Of a stretch of 64,000 nt of DNA, positions 1-10,368 are shown piece after piece; positions within the stretch are counted from its first letter, which is position 1, and each line of letters opens with the position of its first letter. Under the pieces are notes generated by a model. The model ran no database searches. It was not told the DNA's origin and saw nothing but the letters and a program-made list of their open reading frames with translations. The position numbers and the translations under genes are program-made. The DNA lies in assembly GCA_963808625.1 (NCBI GenBank), contig CAWEHK010000002.1:1-64000 (forward strand), given 5' to 3'. The stretch comes from an uncultured delta proteobacterium (GTDB taxonomy: Bacteria; Desulfobacterota; Syntrophobacteria; Syntrophobacterales; Syntrophobacteraceae).

Positions 1-152
1 GCGGCCTTGTCTTCGGAAAAGATCTCTAGGGGAATTGCTGCCTGTCCAAAATTAAGCAGCAACAAGCCAGTATCCCGCAACCTGACCTGCACTACCTTCA
101 CAGAATGCGAACCGATGTCCAAACCGATTAGATTCTCTTTTTTCTTTAACAC
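1..152 (-). CDS. pilM: Type IV pilus assembly protein PilM, N-terminus (runs off window)
   Basis: Manual translation from GTG at 152: MLKKKENLIGLDIGSHSVKVVQV...LLNFGQAAIP. The actin-like 'IGLDIGS' motif is typical of PilM. RBS AAGGGAGGTG lies upstream. Not in the ORF track. Confidence 0.8.
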   Translation of the reverse strand, partial: MLKKKENLIGLDIGSHSVKVVQVRLRDTGLLLLNFGQAAIPLEIFSEDKA

Positions 153-399
153 AGAAACATCACCTCCCTTGCGTAAAAAGACAGTAGTCAGCAGCCAGCA
201 ATCATCGAGATGGCCCGATCATTGCTGGCGCCCATTCTTCATAGTTCATTGCCGGTGCCACGGCACCCACCGAAGGAAGGTTTTGATTGACAACTGCTTG
301 CATTTTTACTTTACCATCCCCGGTTGAAAATATCCGTAAAACCCTTTAGAGTAGGTGCGCCGGTGGCCACTCACCGAAATCCTTCGCAAACAGGAGTCG

Positions 400-1067
400 A
401 TGTTGCAGCTCACAAGCGAGAAAAGTGTGTCAAAAAGCAAGTCAAAAAGTGTCATTCGTGATTATGCCGAAGCCATCATTATCGCTCTTCTCTTAGCTTT
501 AGTGATCCGAGCTTTTGTTATTCAGGCGTTCAAGATCCCATCCGGGTCCATGAAGCCGACGCTGCTTGTTGGGGACCATATCCTGGTCAACAAGTTTATC
601 TACGGGATCAGACTCCCTTACTGGAATGAAGAACTTTTTCACATTAGTCAACCCAACCGCCAAGATATCGTCGTGTTCCGTTATCCGGTCGACCCCTCGA
701 AAGATTTCATCAAGCGGGTGATTGGCCTGCCCGGAGATACCGTGAGAATCCAGGATAAGCAGGTGCTTGTCAATGACCATCCCCTTTCGGAACCCTATGC
801 TGTCTACAGCGACAACAGGATTCTGCCGGCGAGTGCAAGTCCGAGAGACAACATGGGCCCATTGAAGTTCCGCCTCACAGCCTTTTCGTGATGGGGGACA
901 ACCGCGATGAGAGCTACGACAGCCGTTTCTGGAAATTCGTAGATATGGCTGATTTGCGGGGAAAGGCCTTCGTGATCTACTGGTCCTGGAATCGCGATGG
1001 CGAGCTCACTCTTTCCCCGACGCAGAGCTACGTCAGGTGGAACCGCATCGGCAGGTTGCTTCACTGA
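400..1067 (+). CDS. lepB: Signal peptidase I (frameshift near 870)
   Basis: '[19 protein letters not shown]' (catalytic Ser) and '[12 protein letters not shown]' (catalytic Lys); the other frame continues '[16 protein letters not shown]...[11 protein letters not shown]'. Confidence 0.93.
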
Positions 1068-2240
1068 TAGAGAAAGCAATAGCAGACTCCTTCTTTGTAT
1101 TCTTCAAGCTGCTTTGTCCAGCTCGCTTCCACCCTGCTCATATCGTCTCCGTTCTCGAGCCTCTGTCTCAGGGTGCCATCCCCCAGGAGAATGTCTATGG
1201 GCGCTTTCTTCCATTCATACTCATACGGAGGAGGCAACCACGCGAAATCGTTCTTATGAGTATGATAAAGCGCCTGAAGCAATGCCAGCCCTAACCGGTA
1301 AGGCCGGAACTGCTGTCGATCGGTGACGTGAATCTGAAATCCATGACAGGTCTGCCCAGCCCACTTGTCAAAAACAGGTTCAAAGCAAATCGGGCGAAAG
1401 ACTACACCCTCCAGACCAGCCTTTTCCAGACGTCCCAAGAGCTTTCGTTTGTCAATGAAAGGTGCACCAAAGATCTGAAAAGGCAGTGTCGTCCCACGCC
1501 CTTCACTGATGTTAGTACCTTCAAGAAGAACCATGCCGGGATAGAGCAGAGCTGTTTCCCAAGTTGGCATATTGGGAGAGGGGAAGACCCATGCACGGTT
1601 GGTGTCACACATGTAGTTTTCCCTCCTCCATCCTCTCATGGGAATGACGTCCAACTCGCAGTGTATGTTGCATTTTTCAACAATATAGCGCGCCAACTCC
1701 CCCATCGTCAGACCATGACGCATCGGCAGGGGATAGCGCCCCACAAAAGATCGGTAATCCTGACAGAGAATATTTCCCTCGACAGACTCTCCGCTGATTG
1801 GATTTGGTCTGTCCAGCACCACAACTTTGACGCCAATCCGAGCGGCCGCCTCCATGCACAGCCCCATAGTTATGCTGTACGTGTAGACCCTGGTCCCCAC
1901 ATCCTGGAAGATCGACCAAGAGGATGTCGATTTTCTCCAGCATTTCATAGGAGGGTTCCCGCACGGCGCCATACAGACTGAAGATGGGAATACGCAAAGA
2001 AGCATTCCAATTATCCGCTGATTCCTGCATGTTCGCCTGTTTTTCCGCATAGAAGCCGTGCTGCGGAGAGAAGAGGCAGGTGAGCTTTCCGCCATGCCGA
2101 TAAATGAGGCTGCTGGTATGGGTGAATGACCGATCAACGGACGCCTGGTTGGCTAACAATCCCAGGCGTTGAGAAAAAAACCAATGTGGCGCCTCCTCAA
2201 AGAGCACCTCACATCCAAGCTGAATCCCTTCAGAACTCAT
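1061..2240 (-). CDS. DUF1343 / NamZ-family exo-beta-N-acetylmuramidase (frameshift near 1900)
   Basis: 'LGLLANQAS', 'LFSPQHGF', '[10 protein letters not shown]', 'VLDRPNPI', 'PSPNMP', '[10 protein letters not shown]' motifs split over ORFs 1677..2279 and 1061..2137. Confidence 0.88.
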
Positions 2241-2327
2241 TTCTTTTTTTTCACCATTAATCAAAATATGGCAGCCCACATTTTCATGCGCGGCAGTTAA
2301 GGCAATTCTCTATGCCTGATCGAGTTT

Positions 2328-3502
2328 TCAGTCTTTTGCGTTAGCGCAACTCGCGGCAACGGGGAGATGCACCATAAAATTAGCGCCACAGCCGGATTCA
2401 CTGATCACTTCAATTTTCCCGCCATATTGGTGAACCAGTTCTTTGCAGTAGTAAAGCCCGATTCCCATTCCTGCGCTACCCATGATACTGGAGGTGGCGG
2501 ATTTCGTGCTGACGAAGGGTTGGAAGATTTGGTCCTGCAGGTGCCATGGAATACCCGGTCCCGTGTCTTGAATGCTCACATGAATACGCCGAAGCATCAT
2601 GCCAGGACTTAATGGTCAGACGTTTTTCCGACTTGCTCGATCATCGCTTCAGCCGCGTTGCGGAGGATATTCCCGAAAATCTGGTTCATTTCCAGGGGAA
2701 TGCCCCGAAAAAGCGGCAGATTGTCTCCAAGTTCCCACCTTTTTTCAACCTCGTGCTTGAAATAAGGTTGGCATTCAAGGAAAAGAACCTCCTCGCGCAA
2801 GAGTTCATTAATCTGGATCCACTCCAGCCTTCGGCTCTGAGACGACCTCATCCTCTGCATGATTGCCGAGACGATTTCCCTCATCCGTTGCGCTTGCCTT
2901 TGGATAACGCTGACATTCTCGAGGTCCGGATGAAGGATTCGCAGAAACTCAGCCTGCCCCATGATACTCATAAGCGGATTGTTCAAGTCGTGCAATATCC
3001 CGGCAAGAAGCCTCCCCGTTTGAATCAAGGGCTCCACTTCCGAAAACCTTACAATCTGTTCCTGCAATTGGGTTTGAAAGGACATGATCTGTCCCCGAAG
3101 GCACGCCATTTCCTCCTGAACCAGCCGGGTTTCATGCAGGTTTTCCCGTGCCCGATCCAACGTGTCTTTCAGGTAATCCAGATCGATCGGTTTGGTGATA
3201 AAGTCAAAAACCTTCAGGTGAATGGCATCGATCGCCGAACCGAGGGTGCCGTAGCCGGTAAATACAATAATTGCCGTACTCTCATTCAGTTTTCGGATTT
3301 CGCTTATAACTTCAAGTCCCGACATCCCTGGCATCCGCAGGTCGGTCAACACCAAATCCGGCTTCACTGTGCGAAAAACAGTAAGACCCGCGCTACCGTC
3401 CTGGGCCTCGTGTACTTCGTATCCTTCGTCTTCCAGAAATTCTCTTAATCCATCGAGGACTGCCTGTTCATCATCAATGATCAATATTGGAGTACCCTGC
3501 AT
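2328..3502 (-). CDS. Hybrid REC-HisKA-HATPase protein (frameshift near 2610)
   Basis: N-terminal receiver 'ILIIDDE...DLVLTDLRMPGMSG', H-box 'AGILHDLNNPL', N-box 'NILRNAAEA'; G-boxes 'DTGPGI...GMGIGL' in ORF 2328..2600. Confidence 0.88.
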
Positions 3503-3668
3503 TGCGGAGGCCTTTCTAGCTTGCAGATGTTCGCAAATCGTTTCTGCGATTATGCTGTCCTCAAAGGCAAGTTGATGACGCGCCCCGGCTCCGCACCCGG
3601 AGCAGTGCGCCAGCAGATCCAAGCCTATCAATCAACTTGAGATCATCCAGGTCAATTGCTCGCCACGT

Positions 3669-4052
3669 CTAATGCAGCGCGGCACGCGTAATGTCTTCCA
3701 CCTCATCGACGTCAAGAGGTTTCCGAAGGTACTTGTAGACTCCGTATTGTCGCGCCATCTCTTCATGGTGGTCTTGAGGCAATGCCGTAACGATCACCAC
3801 CTTGGTGGGCATTTCCCGGTCATGCATCCACTTCAAAAGTTCCATGCCGCTCATGCCTGGCATCTTGATGTCCAGGAAGAGCAGGCGAGGGCTTTGCTGG
3901 ACGCAGCAGCTGAAGGGCTTGCGTTGCCGCTGTTCACCATCGTAAGCGAATAATCATCTCCCAGCATAGCATCAAAGGAATCCAAGATCCCCTGATCATC
4001 ATCCACCACAACAATGGATTCTCACCTTCCCTGTTCATCTTCTTTCCTCCAT
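3669..4052 (-). CDS. Single-domain response regulator (frameshifted; start approximate)
   Basis: 'IVVVDDDQGILDSF' then 'LLFLDIKMPGMSGMELL...VVIVTA...YLRKP' in another frame. Confidence 0.8.
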
Positions 4053-4347
4053 CTGCTTGGAAGCAGCACAATTTCAACGAGCCTGTTCATGGCTTATCTT
4101 CGATCTGTCATTGGGACATTGTCCCCTCCGGCAGACACTTGGCGGAGGTGGTCGGTAACGCGAGCAAAAGGCCCAGAGATCAACCCCGATAAGAATCAAT
4201 AAACAAAAAGAATGCCAAAACCGGGATCAACGGGAGCAGGACGAGAAAAGGCAAGGATAGGCTGGCACACATCGGGGAAAGAAGATGCCCAAGGAATAGT
4301 GGCGGAATTGCTGCACAGTTTGAAGGGCAAAATATACGCAACCGTGG

Positions 4348-6267
4348 TCAGTGAAGAGCAGGTCGATACTTCTCCCTGCATGCAGGGAGATAGACAACGA
4401 AAGAACTCCCCTCACCGACCCGACTTTCGACCTCAATATGTCCGCCATGTTCGGTGATAACCTTATGAGTAATGGCCAAACCCAGTCCTGTTCCCCTGTC
4501 TTTTGTGGTGAAGAAAGGGTTAAAAATATTCTTCAGCAGTCTCTGGAGCAATGCCAACCCCGGTATCTGCAAAGGTGAGGGAAACCCAGCCATCTCTGTT
4601 GGGATGGCATGGGTTTGTCCGAGACCATCCTCCGTTTGTCGACGTGCCCTCGAGAGTCAATCTGACCACCATTGGGCATAGCCTGGATCGCATTCCTGAA
4701 AAGATTGTAGAAGGCTTTGACGAGCTGGTCCGAGTCAGCAAGAATCGGAGGCAGATCGGGGGACAGATTAGTCACGCAATTGATCTCGTTGATTTGCAGT
4801 TCACCTTCGAAAAATTCGACTGTCTGTACCAGAAGCGGCTGAAGTTCTAGGGCATGGAAAATGGTACTTAGGCGTTCTGGAAAGCTCCAGCAGATCCTCA
4901 ATCAGGACGATTGATCCGATCAAGCTCGCGCGGGACCGTTCGCTGGAATTTCTCCAGAAAATCGGGTTTGCTCACTTTCCTGGGGAGCAACTGCACAAAG
5001 GTTTTGATCGCGGAAAGCGGGTTTCGAATTTCATGCGCCATTCCTGCAGCCAGGGTGCCCAGCGCTGCCAACCGTTCTGCCTGCCGAATGCGCACTTCGA
5101 GGCGCTTTAGCTCCGTAATATCGTGCAGGTTAGTGATCACCTCAAGAGGACGTCCCGCATCGTCTGCAAGCAGGCTCGAATTGGCCAAAATAATCTGCTC
5201 TTCACTCCCATGGCCGATTCGCAGTTCCTGTTGGGTTCGACCCTTTGGGTCCTGCAGCACTTCTTCAACATAGGAAAGCACCATCGGGGCCTGCTCGAAG
5301 ATCATTGATGCATTGCAGTCCTTCGAGACTCCATCCGAGATGCCTAACATGCGGCACGCTGCCGGGTTGATAGCCGCAATGTTGCCACCCTTGTCCACAG
5401 AAAGCAGTCCGTCACTCATGGTGGTCAGCAGTCTTTGAGTGTAGGCCTGCAGGCGCTTGATCTCCGATAGCTGCGACTCGAGTTGTTGCCTTTGGGCAAG
5501 GATTTCTCGCATCATGGTGGAGAAATTGGAGGCCAGTATTTCGACTTCATCACCCGTTTCAACATCGATGTTTTGGGACAAATTGCCTTGCGCAGCCTCT
5601 ACTGGTAGCATTGACCAATGTCCCCAGAGGGCGAGTAATGCGTCGAGCGCCCCAGATAGAGAGCACGATCCCGATGATCAGCGCGACACAGCCAATGCCG
5701 ACAATAATCAATTGTGTCTGGCGAATTTGCTGGTACATGGGCGCCAGCGTCACGGCCACGCGGATCGTTCCCCAGCGGTGATCCGAACCCCGAATGAAGA
5801 CCGGTGCAGCAATATCCATCACGGGCATGCTTTCAGCTCCCCAAGTTGTGGTTTGCGTGGCAGGCTCTTCCGCGGAGAGAGCTTTCAAGCTGACTTCATC
5901 CTCCAACAAGGTGCCTTGCAGATCCGCTCTTCCACTGTACCCCGCAACACGCCCTTCCTTATCATGGATGATCACATAGACAATATCCGGATCATCCCTC
6001 TGAGTTTGATTGGCCGCTTGTTCAAGGGCAATGTAGTTGTACGTAGCCAAGGAGGCCTTCGACGTAGCGGCAAGGCTTCTTGATATGGCCAGGCCTCTTC
6101 GCTCCAACTGTTCTCGGATTGTTACACTTTGGTGGGTGATAAGAATGGAGCCAAGCGTTCCTAAAAGGAAGAATCAATAAGCAGGAAATAATGAAGATAA
6201 AGCGGTAACGCAGGGAAATAAAACGACGCTTATTCAGGGGCCGTTTTCTTGAAGGTCGCTCTGACAT
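4348..6267 (-). CDS. Membrane sensor histidine kinase (TM-periplasmic sensor-TM-HAMP-PAS-HisKA-HATPase; several frameshifts)
   Basis: TM after '[10 protein letters not shown]', periplasmic '[14 protein letters not shown]', TM2 + 'RRITRPL' HAMP, PAS 'DGLLSVD...INPAA', H-box '[12 protein letters not shown]', 'NLFRNAIQA', '[13 protein letters not shown]'. Confidence 0.88.
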
Positions 6268-6285
6268 AAATTGGTTTGAACCAGA

Positions 6286-7931
6286 CATCAGTGTTCGGAA
6301 GGAAGTTCGTAACCACACGCGATGGAAGGAGACAGCCTCTTCCCCAAGTGCGGTTACCTCAATCCCGCGAACCGATGACTGGTAAACACGGTCGACACTC
6401 AAAAAAAAGAGCGGAATCATGGGACAGGACTCCGCAGCCATTTCTTCAATCCGCTGGCACAATTTGGCTCTTTCGGTAAGGTCCACTCTCTGGCTCGCCT
6501 CTTTCAGGGTAGCATCGATTTCCTCATTTCGATAACGCATGTAGTTGACCTGGGAGAAGGATGCAACGAAGAGGCTGCAGAAAACTATCCGGATCAGGCA
6601 TGTCCGCAACCCACGCATACCGATAGATTTGCAGCGAATCAGATTTGAGGTATTGCTCAAATTGCGACCAGTCAGGGATGAACTTCGGCACCATCCGGAT
6701 CCCCAACTGACTCCAGGATTCGCGCACCAGGTCGAGCTCAGCCAGCGCCAGTGGGGATTGGCTGTTTGAAACTACTTCAATGGTTGGCAGGGCATCCTCC
6801 TTTGCTCCGAAGACGCTTTTTCACTAGGCTTTTTGCCAGGTCAAGGTCATAGAACCACAGCTTACTCTGCGGCAGATAACCGGGCATGCCGGGTGGCAGA
6901 AGTGATTGAGCTGCGTCGAACTGACCTTTGTATACCTCCGAAATGATCTTCTGACGATCAATTGCCGCCGCAAGCGCCTTTCTCAACTCCAAATTCCTTA
7001 ATAAAGGATGCTCGCAGTTGAATCCGTAGAACAGAGACTGAGAGACGGTCGGTGCACCCACCGTACGCTCTTTGTTTTCCAGCAGCTTTGTCACGGAATT
7101 GCCAGTAAGCAGGCATCTCCTCAAGCTTGCCGTTTTGAAAGTCAGACAGGACGTCTTCTATGTTGCTGCCTGCATAGATGAGAAACTGGATTTCTTCCAG
7201 ATACGGCGCTCCATCATAATAATCGGCAAATCTTTCGAAGCTGGATATTCCTTTTTTGCTCCCACGAGGACAACTGAAAGGGCCAGTGCCAATCGGATTC
7301 TTGCCGAAGGCTTCTGCCTTAGAGGCTCACTTCCTCCCTGGGGACGATTTTGGCCTGGTACATCCCAAGAGCCGTCAGAAACGGAGTGTAAGGTTCGTCG
7401 AGCCTCACAAGCAAGGTATGGTCATCCTCGGCGCTTAAGCCGGCGACCCGATCACTCTTTTTTTCCATGAAATCCTGCGCACCCGTGATCTTGAGCAAAT
7501 GGGGCAAAATGCTCGGAGGTGGATTCGCCCGAATCAGACGGCTCAGAGAAAATATTACATCTTGAGCGGTAACCGGACGACCGTTATGAAACCGAACATT
7601 CGGTCGAAGGAAAAATCGGTAAAGTTTTCCTTTCTCCTCCACTCGCCAGTTCTGGGCCAGAGCAGGTACGATCAAAAGGTCCGGATTTAATTGCACCAGC
7701 CCATCAAAGATTTGTAGTACTACTGTCATGCTATAGAAGATCTTCGACAAAGGCGGGATCAAGGGTAGGAGGTTCATTTCGCAGAGGGATGCGATAGACT
7801 CCCCCCGAACGAGGCTGCTCTTCAGAAATGCCGTCGTTCGTGGTTTCCATTAATGCTTCGCCATTCGCATGGAACGAACTTAAAAGCAAGAAGGAGACCA
7901 ACACACAGGCATGCAAGCGAAAACAGCTCAT
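6286..7931 (-). CDS. Family 5 (OppA/DppA-like) extracellular peptide-binding protein, no permease genes adjacent (frameshifts; 3' end approximate)
   Basis: Signal peptide, 'RSGGVYRIPLRNEPPTLDPA', 'IFDGLV...PALAQNW...YRFFLRPNVRFHNGRPVTAQDV', 'PIGTGPF', 'LRKALAAAIDR', 'WVADMPDPDSFL'. Confidence 0.87.
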
Positions 7932-8011
7932 CTTTCAGCGCCTCTTACTCTACGGATTAATAAGGTCAGGTGTGATCGGTTGTCATTCTACCCCCTTTTC
8001 CGCCTGTGTAC

Positions 8012-8044
8012 AAAAAGAAAAAGCACGACTCTTTCGACTCGCGC
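8012..8044 (-). terminator. Intrinsic terminator after the tandem micro-peptide genes
   Basis: Minus strand GCGCGAGTC-GAAA-GAGTCGTGC hairpin (one mismatch, one G-U) followed by TTTTTCTTTTT. Confidence 0.7.
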
Positions 8045-8086
8045 TCTCTCCATCCCATAAGGGATTCAGCTTATGCGATTGCCAGA

Positions 8087-8179
8087 CTACGGCCCCCCGC
8101 CACCAGCAGCCAACACCGGCAGGGCATAGGTGGCGACCAGAGCACCAATCACGAACAGTTGAAGAACTATCTTTTTCAT
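8087..8179 (-). CDS. 30-aa secreted peptide precursor A: MKKIVLQLFVIGALVATYALPVLA-AGGGGP
   Basis: Manual translation: 93 nt ATG..TAG, RBS GAGGGG, basic n-region, hydrophobic h-region, P-V-L-A c-region, 6-residue tail. Below the ORF track cutoff. Confidence 0.8.
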   Translation of the reverse strand: MKKIVLQLFVIGALVATYALPVLAAGGGGP

Positions 8180-8216
8180 CATCTTTCCCCTCTTTATTCT
8201 TAAGGGTGCGAATTAA

Positions 8217-8310
8217 CTACGGTCCCCCGCCGCCGTGCAGCCAACACCGGCAGGGCATAGGTAGCGACCAGAGCACCGATCACGAACAGTTGAAGAACTA
8301 TCTTTTTCAT
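8217..8310 (-). CDS. Secreted peptide precursor B, paralog of A (one extra base; likely ...PVLA-xGGGGP)
   Basis: First 24 aa identical to copy A with only synonymous changes. 94 nt to the equivalent TAG. Removing one base in GCAC restores (A/D/H)GGGGP*; as read it gives ...AARRRGTVVNSHP* ending at 8200. Confidence 0.72.
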
Positions 8311-8392
8311 GATCTTTCCCCTTCCTCAGGCTTGATGATTATTATTTGTTGAGAATACCACCCCATTTTTGTCTTGTTTCGTTAAACTTACA

Positions 8393-8408
8393 TGCAAACT
8401 GCATACCA
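8393..8408 (-). promoter_or_regulatory. Sigma54 (-24/-12) promoter upstream of the peptide genes
   Basis: Minus strand TGGTATGCAGTTTGCA with exact GG-N10-GC spacing, ~80 nt upstream of copy B ATG, followed upstream by a very AT-rich tract. Confidence 0.78.
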
Positions 8409-8700
8409 ATAAAGAGTATTATTCTTACTATTAATAAGTACTTAGAAATATTATATTATAATTGAATAGCGTCGGGTCACGGAAAGGCGCCGACTTGAGG
8501 GACTTGCACAGATTTGAGTAAAACAAAGTGAATGGAATACCGGCAGAGAACTAAAGAATATACGCCAGCAGCTTATGTGCCTAGCCATGTGGGCTATTAT
8601 GCACACATTAATATGCAGCTGCTCAGGGAGACCACCACAAGAAGCAGCGTGAACCGGAGAATGGCGCGGCCGACCAGCAGATCTCCCTTGTTCACGAAGG

Positions 8701-10098
8701 CTATTCATCTGTCTGGGAACGCAGTTCCAGTATCTTCATCTTCTGAAGAAGGGTATTGCGATGGATTTTGAGGACCCGTGCCGTATCGGTTTGATTCCAT
8801 CGGCACCGCTGCAAGGCTCGTAAAATATACTGCCGCTCGAACTCTTGTCTTGCGCTGGATAAGGCCCAGGTCGATCGCCGTTTCATCTCTTGTCCGTATG
8901 TTCCCCGGCTTCCTCTCGGATCAAGAGATCAAAAGGAAGGTCATTCTCATGAATCCACTGGTCAGGTGAACCTAACACGACCAATCGTTCAATAAGGTTC
9001 TCCAGTTCTCGGACATTCCCTGGCCATGGATAGGATTCCAGCACCTCCATAGCATCAGGGCCGATTCCTCTCACCCTCTTGTTCAAGACACGGTTAAATT
9101 TCGCTAGAAAAAAGTTAGCCAAGAGCGGCACATCTCCCTTGCGTTGACGCAGGGGCGGGAGTTGAATAGGAATGACATTAAGCCTGAAATAAAGGTCATT
9201 ACGAAATTGCCTTTCCTTGATGAGCTGTTCCAGGGGAGTGCTGGTTGCGGCAATGATCCGGACGTCCACTTTGATTGTCTGATGACTGCCCACTCGCGAA
9301 AACTCTCGCTCCTGAAGCACCCGCAGCAGTTTCGCCTGAAATTCGAGTCTGAGGCTCGATACTTCATCCAGAAAAATGCTGCCCCCGTGAGCATACTCGA
9401 ACTTGCCAATATTTCGAACATAGGCGCCGGTAAATGCGCCCTTCTCGTGCCCGAAGAGCTCGCTCTCTATCAATTCCGGCGGAATAGCCGCACAATTAAT
9501 GGCCACGAAAGGCTTTTGATTGCGAGGGCTATGCGCGTGAAGTGCACGAGCAACCAATTCCTTCCCGGTCCCGCTCTCTCCGGAAATCAGCACATTACTG
9601 GAAGTATCCGCAACCTTTTCGATAATCCGAAACACCGCACCCATATTTTCAGCCTGACTCATGATCTGCATGTGGCCGATATCCAGCCCCGTGCCCCGAT
9701 AAGCTGGCTTTATCTCCCCCTTCATAGACTCGCCTGGTGATGACCTTCTCGACAGCTTCCAAGATTTCGTCAGGCTCATAAGGCTTGGTAATGTAGTCAT
9801 AAGCGCCCGACTTGAGCGACACCGTAGCTTCTCGAGCCCGGTCGGCGCCGGACACCATGATTACCTCAATAGCCTCATCGTAATCCTTAATCCATTTCAA
9901 CACTTCAAGGCCGCTCACCTTGGGCATGTTCACATCCAGGAGCACCAGATCAAAGGGCTTTTCCTGGATTCTGGCCAGAGCACTCATCCCGTCTTCCACG
10001 GTCTCTACGTCGTAATGTTCCTCAAGGATAACTTCAAGGGACTCCCTTGCTCCTTCTTCATCATCCACTATAAGGATGTGTCTTGGTTCCTCACGCAC
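8701..10098 (-). CDS. Sigma54-dependent NtrC-family response regulator (REC-AAA-Fis HTH; frameshifts near 9700 and 8885)
   Basis: REC 'ILIVDDE...DLVLLDVNMP', Walker A 'GESGTGKE', 'ELFGHEKGAFTGA', 'WPGNVRELEN', HTH 'WNQTDTARVLKIHRNTL'. Confidence 0.93.
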
Positions 10099-10368
10099 TA
10101 ATTTCCTCCATCTATCCTCTAATTCCCTGTAAATTGTTATGGTGTTAATAACACAAGGGAAATTATCCGGTCAAGGGGCGGTGTGGGACACTCACCTTTG
10201 CTTTTTGGAACGCTAAGCCAAAATCGCATCAGTTTCCTTTTTGATACACGCAATGCACGGTATAATAATGCTTGAACTCTTTTTTCGGTTCCGTATGCAG
10301 TGCAAGACTGGCAATAATCCTACTATTATGAACCAGTTGAGGGCCTATGTACAGTAACTCGTTGCCTC

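Noticed and set aside
2546..3448. Long antisense ORFs (also 13363..14208, 37669..38496, 58015..58857)
   Set aside because: Shadows of well-supported opposite-strand genes in GC-rich DNA, with no motifs.
6022..6660. Apparent SBP-kinase translational fusion
   Set aside because: A one-base shift gives TGATG stop/start coupling near 6285-6289, and a periplasmic SBP fused to the kinase's basic cytoplasmic N-tail is topologically implausible.
8087..8320. Duplicated segment as CRISPR array or type I toxin locus
   Set aside because: Only two ~100-bp copies, no spacers or cas genes. The differences are synonymous, and the peptides have a cleavable-signal pattern with a Gly-Pro tail. A membrane-toxin role is less likely but not excluded.
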